The notes beneath the pieces were generated by a model. That model worked only from the letters and a program-made list of their open reading frames with translations. It had not been told where the DNA came from and ran no database searches. The position numbers were made by a program, and so were the translations under genes. Positions 24,248 to 35,000 of a DNA stretch of 61,375 bases are shown here, piece by piece. Source of the DNA: a virus (taxonomy: Duplodnaviria > Heunggongvirae > Uroviricota > Caudoviricetes); the IMG/VR virus record IMGVR_UViG_3300006145_000003. One strand, given 5' to 3'. Numbering within the stretch: the first letter of the stretch is position 1; every line of letters starts with the position of its first letter.

Positions 24248-27200
24248 TCAAACTCCTCTACTTAATTTTTTTATCTTCAATTCAAGTTCTTGAATTTTTC
24301 GATTAAGCTCTTGAATCATATATGTATTTAGGGAAATGAACTCTTCATATCGCAAACTGTATCGATAATCACTTATTCCATCTTCCATAATTTCTTCCAC
24401 GGGTTCAATTGTAAGACCAGCGAAATCTTGTGTGGATAGACCTGCATTTTCAAGGGCATTTTCTACATCCTGAGCGATGAATCCGGTATGAACGCGACCG
24501 GATGTACCTTGTTTATACTGATACGATGACGGTTTAAGATGGTAGAAAAAGTCTTTGAACTTACTTAAATCGTAGTCGATATCCTTTTTAATCCTGCAGT
24601 CAGAACCAATAGAAATTGCCTCTGTTGCATGAATCATATTACGAGTAATATAGAATGATAGCCGACCGGAATTCATACAGCATCCTGCATTAGTGACAAT
24701 GAAATAAGGATAATTATCCTTTCCATTACTTCCATACATCATTGCCCCATATGTTGTTGCTGTTCCCGTAGAGCCATAACCTTTGCAAAAACCGCCATAC
24801 CCGCAGGATAATTCAATTAGATTTGCATCTAGGGTACCTGTCTTAATAAAATTGGCATTGATATACAAGCTGTTTGACGTTGAGTTACCGAATATGCCGA
24901 ATTTAGTACCGCCATTTGTAAGCACGTTAAAGACATTCCGCTCATTGACAGTTGCGTCAGAACCATCCTTGCCGTCCTTACCGTTAACACCATCTTCTCC
25001 GCGAATCTTTATTCCCGTTGTCCATGTCTGACCACCATCATATGAGTAGGAGGCATATAGGTCATATAGATTTAATGTTTGATGCCACGACGTAGTACTG
25101 TGGGCGGGGTATTGTGGGTATCGACTAGTGGGTTTGGATAGATATGAACGCGCATAGAGTGCCAATACAGGGCTATTGGCACTTCCCCAAGTGATACTAC
25201 CATTCGATAGGTTTATACTGCCTTGCATTGTGACATTTCCGTCCGGGTCAACATAGAAGTTTCCTTTGCCGTTTTTGTAATTACCTCCAACGTTGATGCC
25301 ACACCCCTTTAACCAACTGTCTACAGGATTATCGGGGTCAGGGGAGAGGTCACCACTTAAATATGGTGCGTATAGTTTACCAGTGAAATAGCCATTTCTT
25401 ATACTTACATCGCCATTTTTCTTAACCCAGAATGGGGCAGAAGATGGGCTATTAGCTCCAACCCAAATGGCATATTGCGAGTAGGTATTTGTGCCACTAC
25501 CATTTAGTGCAACAAAGTTACCTCCGCTACCAGAGCGAAGGTAGTCTTTTTCGATAGTGAATCCCCCGATTTCGCCAGATATTGCACGCAATTTACCACG
25601 GAAATATGCATTCCCATTTTGAATATCCAGATAGAAATTTGCATTCTTTGGGAACCCCTCGCTATCAAATGTTATCGCACCATTGTTTCCAATAAAAGAT
25701 GGGTAGACCGTAGTCCCGCTTGTTGAATATAAGTTTCCTGTACCAGCGACTATCCCATATTCGGGGTCAATAATAATTTTTCCACCATAATCTTTTTGTA
25801 GGACAAACGTCGAGTTGTTTAGCCATGCACCGCTTGAATCAACCTTGAACTGCATAACTCCGTCATCAGTAGCGTTCTCAATTATAAGATTATTTCCAAC
25901 AATTAGTTTGCCTCCAATTACATCGGCGTTTACTCCGAAGTATGTTCCAACTTCGTCAGAAGAAAACAATCCAATTGCAAGCTTTGCTGTTTCCCAACCG
26001 TCATCACTAATCGCAATCATGCTATTCACAATCCGTATCTGACAGGGGGAGTCACCCCCAATATGAATGCCTGCGCCATCTATGATTACACTTTGATTTG
26101 TAGCACCAATGATAGTGTTGACGGCAGCTTTGAGTGAATTGTTCATAAACTGCGAAACTTGAGTTGCCTGATTTGATACCTGGTTATATAGGTACTTACT
26201 AGCATCGAAGTTACGACTAGAAGAGTATGTTTTCTCTAACATGTCTTTAAGAGTGTTAACATTATCATGTCTCTTGAACCGATTTGAAAACACTATTGAA
26301 AAATCGCTGCGGTCTTCAAAGTCAAGTTCTATTTCGATAATGTACGGAGTAATGAGTTGCTTACTACCGATGTTTAGATACACGCCCTTACCAAGCTCCA
26401 GTCTGTCCCTAAAAGGTTTGAACTCCTTCTCAAAAATGAAATTACCAGAATTTACGCTAAACTCATATGTTGGGACAGATAGGTCAGCTAGAACTCCAAC
26501 AGCGTAATCGTACAGCTCTTTTTTTACCGAATAGCGCTGATAATCGCTTATGTTTGCAGTCAAATACATTGTTCCAGGCGCTATGCTGAATTGTACCGAG
26601 GAACCTTCGTAAGTAGTGACTTCATCTATCGTTATAGGACGTATATCACTTGTAAGCCCCGATATAGTTCCAGCAATTGTAATTAGACCGCTTGGTGAGG
26701 TAGCGCTATTGACACATATTGTTCCAGCATATATACTTAGAATACAATCGTTATTGGATGAAACTTCGATTGTCCCACGAATTATATCACAGCTTAGACT
26801 GTGGCTTCCAGACAGATTAAAACTTCCACTGGCAATAACATACATTGTTTTTCCAAATTCTTTACCCAAATCAACTCGAGATATTGACGAACCAACTATT
26901 TCAACTGTCGCATTTGAAAGTGAATAGTTGCTCCCAGACACCGACACATCAATATCTGTGGCGACGAATGTATCTTCAGTAACATCTTGTTCTATAAAAA
27001 AGCTAGATACAATCCTATACTCTTCTTCAGTAAAAAACTTTTTTATGTCAAGGCGATTTACAATCTCTGCTATTTTGCCAGCAGCAGAATTTGGGTTTGT
27101 CCCATCTATATCGTTCTGCAAATTTGAAACTTCATGTTCTTTCTGAGTTATTTCTGACTTCTTAACGCTTATCTTTGCATTGATGTCCGAAAGTAAACTC

Positions 27201-28234
27201 TGTTGTGTATTTTTACCAGAGTCAGTTGTTTCCATCGCCAAAGCTTGAATTGTTACACTTTGCTGTCCAGTTAGGGTTTCGAGTTCGCCCTTCAACTCCG
27301 TTAGCTCGGCTTGGGCAGTGAGTAGCTTAGTGGTTGTAGATGCTCTCAATGCAGAGAGGGCCTCGTAGTACGGGATATTGTTAATGACAGTTTGTTGCCA
27401 ATATGTCCATTTGTCGGCAAGAGAGGATGGAATATCGCCCTTTGCAATAAAGTATCCTATGTCATATATCCAGTTTGTGCCTAATGGATTAACTTCTCGG
27501 ATGTCTAACTCGTCTGCTCCATATGGTCGAATCGCTGTAGCCATTTCATTACTAAGCTCTTCTATCTCAACCGAATCAAGAAGATTGTCAAAATCCAGAT
27601 ATATTGGCAAGCACGGTCTTTCCTCATCTGCATCATAGACATTTATTGTCTTTTCATATGGCTCAAATACGAATACGCACCGATATTTTTGTGGAGCAGT
27701 ATTATATATAAATGGCAGCAGATAGTCATCAAACTGGTCGAATGTCCTGTATTTTTGTGCTATCGACGGAGAAACATATCCCGCGTTCCAGGTATGTGCA
27801 ATCTCTAACATTCGGCCCATTACTGTGTTGGGATTTCGTGGGTTAGTTTGGTCATAGAACTTATACGTTCCTTCTTCTAAGAAGAACTTTTTTGACTCTA
27901 GTGTCTTTTCAATTGAGTATCCTTCTATATGTTTTATCTCAGAAATCCCATCTGCTTCCGTGCTTGGGTTTGAAATATTGTATATTCCATAATGCTTTGT
28001 ATATATAAGCATATGTCCCGTAATTATGTCATAAATCCAATTGGGCTCTCCATCAATAACTGCTGGGATATCAAAGGAAATTTCGCTCGGCTCAGAGAAT
28101 TTGATGTTTAACCGTAAGTTGTGAACTCCTGGTATTGTTCCAATTATATCCTCGCCCAGCGTAGTTAAGAGAAGGTCTGGCGTTTCGGGGAACCCATCTG
28201 CATCAAACTCTAGCTTTGAATAGTCAAGATACAT
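24248..28234 (-). CDS. Tal/central tail spike with a C-terminal S74 intramolecular chaperone
   Basis: Follows Dit; coiled coil; short collagen-like GEDGVNGKDGKDG; SDCRIKKDI...GFIAQDVE...LRYEEFI. Confidence 0.8.
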   Translation of the reverse strand: MYLDYSKLEFDADGFPETPDLLLTTLGEDIIGTIPGVHNLRLNIKFSEPSEISFDIPAVIDGEPNWIYDIITGHMLIYTKHYGIYNISNPSTEADGISEIKHIEGYSIEKTLESKKFFLEEGTYKFYDQTNPRNPNTVMGRMLEIAHTWNAGYVSPSIAQKYRTFDQFDDYLLPFIYNTAPQKYRCVFVFEPYEKTINVYDADEERPCLPIYLDFDNLLDSVEIEELSNEMATAIRPYGADELDIREVNPLGTNWIYDIGYFIAKGDIPSSLADKWTYWQQTVINNIPYYEALSALRASTTTKLLTAQAELTELKGELETLTGQQSVTIQALAMETTDSGKNTQQSLLSDINAKISVKKSEITQKEHEVSNLQNDIDGTNPNSAAGKIAEIVNRLDIKKFFTEEEYRIVSSFFIEQDVTEDTFVATDIDVSVSGSNYSLSNATVEIVGSSISRVDLGKEFGKTMYVIASGSFNLSGSHSLSCDIIRGTIEVSSNNDCILSIYAGTICVNSATSPSGLITIAGTISGLTSDIRPITIDEVTTYEGSSVQFSIAPGTMYLTANISDYQRYSVKKELYDYAVGVLADLSVPTYEFSVNSGNFIFEKEFKPFRDRLELGKGVYLNIGSKQLITPYIIEIELDFEDRSDFSIVFSNRFKRHDNVNTLKDMLEKTYSSSRNFDASKYLYNQVSNQATQVSQFMNNSLKAAVNTIIGATNQSVIIDGAGIHIGGDSPCQIRIVNSMIAISDDGWETAKLAIGLFSSDEVGTYFGVNADVIGGKLIVGNNLIIENATDDGVMQFKVDSSGAWLNNSTFVLQKDYGGKIIIDPEYGIVAGTGNLYSTSGTTVYPSFIGNNGAITFDSEGFPKNANFYLDIQNGNAYFRGKLRAISGEIGGFTIEKDYLRSGSGGNFVALNGSGTNTYSQYAIWVGANSPSSAPFWVKKNGDVSIRNGYFTGKLYAPYLSGDLSPDPDNPVDSWLKGCGINVGGNYKNGKGNFYVDPDGNVTMQGSINLSNGSITWGSANSPVLALYARSYLSKPTSRYPQYPAHSTTSWHQTLNLYDLYASYSYDGGQTWTTGIKIRGEDGVNGKDGKDGSDATVNERNVFNVLTNGGTKFGIFGNSTSNSLYINANFIKTGTLDANLIELSCGYGGFCKGYGSTGTATTYGAMMYGSNGKDNYPYFIVTNAGCCMNSGRLSFYITRNMIHATEAISIGSDCRIKKDIDYDLSKFKDFFYHLKPSSYQYKQGTSGRVHTGFIAQDVENALENAGLSTQDFAGLTIEPVEEIMEDGISDYRYSLRYEEFISLNTYMIQELNRKIQELELKIKKLSRGV

Positions 28235-28244
28235 ACTAACCCCC

Positions 28245-29033
28245 TTATGCCGCGACATTGTGCAAAAATCTTCCAGTAATAGTCAAAGTCCCATTTCCCG
28301 AAACTGAAAGATTATTATCACCATGGACTAATCTGAAAAAGTTAAGATTAAAACCTTTATATAAGTTATAACCAGATATTTCCTCTCGTATGATACCGTT
28401 GTTATTGTCTATATCAATCCTTGTATTTGCAGCTGGTAGTTCATCTAAACGAAACTCTCTGTCGTTATCGTCATGGTTAATGATGCTAAACTTTTTGCTG
28501 CCAGACGCGGATGAAAATATAAGGTGTGGTCGAATGAATTCTCTAACGGAGCTTTCATTTCTAAATAGAATATCGGCTGTTCCTTTAATTGTGTACGAGT
28601 AACTGAACTCTGCCCCGTAAGCATAAGGACAATCACATACAACCAGTGCCTCGAAAGCGACCGGTAACCACCCATGTATGATGGGTGTAAGCTCTGTAAT
28701 TAGACATCTAAACTGTACCATTTCCAAGTCGGGCTGGTCGATGGTAAGCCACTTATAGTCTTGGTGCCCAGTCAGCCATAAGCTGATATCTTCCAACTCA
28801 TACCTGTCCAGAGCCCTGTCTGTACCAAATACTAACTTGAACTGAAGTGGTGTCTTATGATAGTTAACGCCAAAATGCAGAGGTTGGATTCGGTTGTTCG
28901 TTCTCGTTTCAACAATTGAGCCTTTGTTCCCAAATCCAACTTCCTCTTGAGTACGGTCTCCAAAATCATATAGCATAAGACCATAGCTTAAAGATGATTC
29001 ACCATTAAAAGTAAATTCATAGCTGTTGAACAA
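28245..29033 (-). CDS. Distal tail protein (Dit)
   Basis: Position between TMP and Tal; FTFNGESS...CDCPYAY...NFFRLVHGDNNL. Confidence 0.8.
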   Translation of the reverse strand: MFNSYEFTFNGESSLSYGLMLYDFGDRTQEEVGFGNKGSIVETRTNNRIQPLHFGVNYHKTPLQFKLVFGTDRALDRYELEDISLWLTGHQDYKWLTIDQPDLEMVQFRCLITELTPIIHGWLPVAFEALVVCDCPYAYGAEFSYSYTIKGTADILFRNESSVREFIRPHLIFSSASGSKKFSIINHDDNDREFRLDELPAANTRIDIDNNNGIIREEISGYNLYKGFNLNFFRLVHGDNNLSVSGNGTLTITGRFLHNVAA

Positions 29034-29062
29034 CTTACCACCTCCTAATAAAAATAGAATGA

Positions 29063-29080
29063 GGGAGGGTTTACCCTCCC
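29063..29080 (-). terminator. Terminator-like hairpin after the TMP gene
   Basis: gggaggg/ccctccc stem followed on - by tcattctattttt. Confidence 0.6.
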
Positions 29081-29083
29081 CGT

Positions 29084-32000
29084 TTAACGTTTGGAAATTC
29101 TTAATTGATTCAGTACTTTATTGGCAAATTGTCTATTGATTTCGCGATGCTTCTCAACTGTCTGCTCATTGGCTCCATATATGTACACATCGCCGAAACG
29201 AACAGCTTCGCTTTGGTTTCTTATAGTGGTGTTTGGAAGCTTGCTACGCAACTCAGATATATTATTTTGGACAAGTCCCAGCATGTTTGAATTTATTGAA
29301 TTACTCATGGCATTTTTTAGCTTCTCAGAAACTGCGCTTGTAAAATCAATAAGTCGGTAAAGCCCTTGTTCTTTTTGCTTATTTAGTACAATTTCCCCCT
29401 TTTCAAGAAGTGCCAGCACTTCATTTTGTTTGAGTGAAGGGGTGTCGCCAACAATACCGCCACTGTGATATTTGTTACCTTGAAGATACCTGTATTTTTT
29501 GTAAACATCAAAGAGAAGTGGTCCACCAATTTTATCTATAAACCATGTTGCACCGTCAGTAACTGCAGTTATGCCGAGTGGCTTTAATAGCTTTGCTAAA
29601 TCCACATTTTCTTGATGTAATTCAATCTTTTTTTGCTTGCTGGCCGTTCCCCATGCTTGGCCGTTAGCATACATTCGCGCTATAATGGCATGAATTTGTT
29701 CTTCTTCTGTAGAAGTATTGTCATAATTCGGCTCTCCAACAATTGTATTGGGCTTGTCATCACCTCCACCACTACCACTACCGGAGCCGTCAGAACCTCC
29801 GCCTCCCCCGGATGTTAATGAATCAGATGTGAGGTTCTTTAGTGCATTGACATAGCTTCCATATTTTTGTGCTGCTAGCAAAGCATTTTCCCATGCACTG
29901 GTGACTTCTGAATTCAGCACTGAACCATATTGGGTATTCCACTGAATCAGTTCCTGATAAAGAGTATCCCAGTGTGTTTCAATATACTGGATTGCCATAT
30001 CATAAAGCTTTTGATACGAAGAGATGCTTTCCTCAAGAATTTGGATTTCTTTATCTTTTTCAGCGTGATAGGAATCCTCCATCTCATCAAGAACTTTTTC
30101 TTGTGTTTCCAATGCATGGTCGCCCTGCGTGTCGCCGAGCTCTTTCTGAACCCCAACGAGCTCTTCTTGTAACTTGATTTTCTCCGCCTGTGCCTCGCGG
30201 CTATCATCGAGCGACAAGGCGTTGATGCGCTCTTGCAACTTGGCTATTTGCTTAACTTTGTCGGCAACGCCATCCTGATATTCGGCCTCCTCTTTTGCCG
30301 CACGTAGTGCTTCCTTACGAAGCTTTATAATATCAGAATAATTATCTTTCATTTCTTCGAGAGCGTTAATTTGTTCTTGAATACGATGTTTCAGCATGTC
30401 CATAACATATTTAAGTATGTCATCTACGCCGCTTTTCATCTTTTTATTTGCATCTTCAGCAGCACCAGTTACTTTTCCAATGCTTTCGCACGCATTATCG
30501 GCCATGCTTCTATAAGCGTTGATATTATGCAACGCGGCCTCATATTGGTCTTTATCAAGCCCCAACAAAGCCAAATTGGCGTACACAAGTCCCCAAGTTG
30601 CATTTGTCGCATCGGTTGTTGCGAACAGGAGCTGATTTAAGTCCTCGATTGAATCATTTTCCATAGCCAAACGCAATCTCTCGACATAGTTCATTGCGCT
30701 TTGTACAGCGAGCTGCTGTGTCTTTGCTGCAATTACCTTGTTGATATTCTCAGCGTTGATTACAAGAAGCCCATTCTCGTCACGCAAGTATTGCATGTAT
30801 TCAGGGCCCAGCTCAACCAATTTTTGGAACGAATCAACCGATATGAATCCGCCGTTCTTTTCGTACTCATCCGCAGCGGCTTGAAGTGTGTCAAACACAT
30901 TTTGGATTTCATCAACAGCAGCACTTGCCTCTGTGACCATGTCCAACAGATTATCAACTACACGTTGTTTGACCTCTTTTATGTTATTCGCATACTCCCA
31001 CCAGAGGTCGCTCAATCTGCTTACCTCATCACTCGTGTCATCATACCCTTTTGAGCGATAATACTCAGCCTGTTGGTGAATAATATCTTGCATCGTCTTG
31101 TAGTATGCAACAATATCATTTGCATACTTTTCAACTTTGCCAGGATTATGCTCTCCTATAGCATTTTCCAACCAGTTTTCAGTTAATGTGATTGCGTTCT
31201 CACGTTCGCTAACTGATTTTTCATAGTCGGCGATAATAACTTCTTGTATACTATCCTGGTACTCCCACCACTGTTTCTGCAGAGCCTGGATGTAATCCGA
31301 ATTATCTTTTAATCCAAGAGCGCGGTACTTTTCTGCCTGAGCATGAACAGCCTCTTGCATTTTGCGATATACGGCAATGATATCCGAAGACTTCGCGCCT
31401 TTCTTTTCCATGAGAAAGATAGAATGCTCAAAATTCCCGATAATATCATCTATCTCTTTTTTGAGTTTATCGAGAGTGTCCTTGAGTTTCTCTTCTAAAT
31501 CCGAATCGTCTAGTGTGGCCTTAACTTTAAGAGATGATTTGCCACTGTTAGAAGAGGGTGTGCTTGAGGAGCCGCTGTTGGTCGTTCCTGAGCCAGGTGA
31601 ATATGGCTTGTACCCAGAGCCTAAGGAGTTTGTGCCACCAGCAAATGCTGGAATCGCATTGCCCAAAATACGTTTTGTATCTTTGTATGAATAGACAATA
31701 TCTCCTTCATTTAGATATCCAAGAGTCGGCCCGTCTTTACCAGCCAGATAGGCGTATTCTCCAGCCACCACTAGCTCGGGCTTTGGCTTTCCACTGGGTG
31801 AGTATTCGTCGCCAAGCAATGACAAACCCGCTTTGGCATGAGGCGTTCCAGTTGCGTTGTGTGCTACCCTGCTGCTACTTGGTACACCTACAGTCCTATA
31901 TGTAATAGTAACCGTTTTGTTTTTGTTATTCTCAATTCGCTGCAGATAGCTTAATACAGATTGAAGCTCATTAGTAACCGCGCTAGTGCGCCCATGCACA

Positions 32001-35000
32001 GATACGGTGGTGTTTTTGGGCAACCCCTTCAAAAGTTTCCCAACGGTTGAAATGTTGTTCTCTGCCTGCTTGCTATCACAATCAAGCTGTGTCTCCCAAC
32101 CATCTCCAAGTATCTTCTCGACCTCTTCAACGGTGGTTGTAACTGTCGCGATAATATCCTCATCGTCAACATTCATCTTTACAGACACTTCTACATTGTT
32201 TGAATCCGATGTTTTCTTCTTGATTGCCTCATCAACAGACTCACCGTCTATTTTCAATCCTGCCTTTATGACAACGTCATCACGGTTTGCCAACCCAGTT
32301 ACAATGCTTTCTACTTCTTGTGCGGTTGCCCCAGCAGAAGATAGCCTATCCAGCAAGTCTTGAGTTATAACAAGCGCTCCATCTGCGTTCAACTCAATAG
32401 GGATGTCTAAGCTCTCAAGATTGTCAACAATTTGTGTCAAGCTATCACTTTCGACGCCCTCAACAATCGCTTTGATTGTCCATGGAGCACCATACATTTT
32501 TGTTCGAAGGTTATCAATCTCTTCGCTTGTCCACCCGATACCTTCGAGTAGCGGTGCCATGACATCATCAAATGCACCACTGCTGTTTTGTAGCTCACGT
32601 ATTTCGTCCATAGTAAGCCCCAGCATAGTAGTGGCTTCTTTTAGCGAGGTTAGCTGCTCACCACTAAATAGCTCTCCTTGTTGCCAACCCTCCCACTCTT
32701 TAAGCGCAGAATCGTCAATCAGCTTGATTCCGGCCTCTCCATTTTCGGACTTGAGCTTATTGATTTCATCAATTAGCTCTGTAACCTCTTCTTTGGACAA
32801 ATGAGTGTATTCTTGTAGCTTGCTCATGGACGCGAAAGAGCTTTCGTCAACCTCGAATATTAGCCCAGTTTGAGTAAACTCTGCCAGGTTATCTTGGACA
32901 TCTCTGGTAAGAAAGTCTTCAGAGTACATTCGGTACTTATTGATAAAGTCCTGGAGCATCTCTTCAGACCAACCAAGGGCATCCGCAAACTCGCCCAGTT
33001 TGGTTATGTCATATGAAAACACACCGTCTTCATATGAGGCTATTCCATCCAGAGCGCCCCCAGCGGAACCCAGCTCAGACACGGTATCCAAGAATCGGGC
33101 GATACCCTCCTGGCCTTCTGTGAGGTACTTTTCATTTTGAGCGACCCACTCACGCACTTCGTCAGATGACAGACCGACTAGACCATAGTAGTCCTTATAT
33201 GCGCTGAATGCCTTGCTTCCAAATTCGCCACTATCTATAGTTTCCTTGAAACTCTCCAGATGCTTAACACGAGCGTCATATCCAGCATCATAATCGTCTG
33301 CCGCAAGAGCCTTGTCCAAATCGCTTAGTGCTTTGTTGGCATTGTTGATTGCTTCAGCAACAAGTCCGAACTCTCCAGAGATGTCTTTAATGGCTGCGTC
33401 CGGCATGGACTCAATTGCATCACACAAAACATCAATTTGATTGGCAGCTTCCTCGGTCAGGTTATTCGTTTCTTTAAGACCCTGGAGCGTTTCTATCAGT
33501 TCGGTGGGGGAGTCCGCAATTACCTTGCGAAGTCCATCATCCAAATTACCAAAACCCTCCGCCGTTAAATCAACATACTCCGCAAGTTCGGGGAACTGCT
33601 GAATCAGGTCGATAACATCAGTTGCCTCCAGAGTACCCTCGCCTAACTTAGCCAAAGCGTCCCCAAGTGTTTTGATATTTGTTTGTACGCCATCTACGCT
33701 CTTAGATAGTTCTTCTGAGAAAACGCTTGAGAATTCAACAGCTTCCGATGTCCCTTCTTCAAGCGTAGTAGTTTGAACTATGCCTAACTCCTCTAGCGCA
33801 CCGACTAACTGCTCAACGGAAACACCATACTGCGAGGCCATATCAATAAGTCCGCGATATGCCTGCTGGTCCTCGGTGTAGACTCTTTGCAGTGGACTCG
33901 GTTGTGGGCCAAATGGCAAATCTGCTCCGTGCTCATAGTCAATCCCTACGTTTAGGACTTTATGTACATCAAGTGTGCCATCGTCTTCTAGTAGAGGTTT
34001 CAGCAGATTATTGATTCTGTCCCTAAGTGTGGAGTCACTTTTTAAGTCTGTTTCAAGGTCAACCTTAATTTTTAACCCAGGAGATATGTCTTCAATTTCA
34101 TTGAGTAGATTTGTCAAATAGCTCTCTATACCGGGGTCATTTGAAAAATCCTGCGAAGCAATATTGTCGCGTATAGTAGAGATTAGACCATATGCAGCCT
34201 TAGCAGCTTCGTCATCTCCACTTGCTATAGCATCAGTCAGCTGAGACTTTGCATCTTTAATGGAATTCATTATAGAGCTGTAATCAGGCTCTACGGCAAT
34301 TTTCCATATGATTTGCTGGTCATAGATTTCACCATATTCATCAATTACACTTTCTATTTCAGATAACTGATTTTCGAATTCTGCAGAGAAAGAAATATCT
34401 GTTCCTAAAGTATCATTCCACTCTTTCCCCAACTCGCGGAAGTCTGCTGCCAATCCAACAATTGTTTCCTCAGCCTGCCGAGCATCAGCTTCAACCACAA
34501 TATCAATCCAAGGAGCTTCTCCCTGATATCCTTTTGGCCCATACTTTAGAATTGAGGCATTTTGGTACTTAGAAATGATACGTTCAATTTCACCGGAAAA
34601 TCTGTCGTCATTTGAAAGGCCAAGGTTTAGTCGATAGGACTTGACTTCTTCCATTTTTGATACGGCTTCTTTTATGGCAGAAGCATTCTGAGTCAGATTT
34701 GAATTTGCAAATGATTTTGATATTCCATCAATAGCGTTGGAAGCATCTTCTGCACTCATCCGAACCAAATCGATAGCGCCAGCTTCTTCTCCGTATGCAG
34801 CAACTATTTCATCTTGGATTGATAGCAATTCCTTTCGGACATTATAAGCTTCTTCCTCAGAAAGGTTACCGTTTTTTAGTGACTGTTTGAGTTCAGCAAT
34901 TTTTTGACGATACTCATCTAGCGTAGCAATGTTAGATTTATACTCCTCTGCACTTTCTCTGGCAGCTTCACGAGCCTCTTTTGATTTGTTAATCAAATCA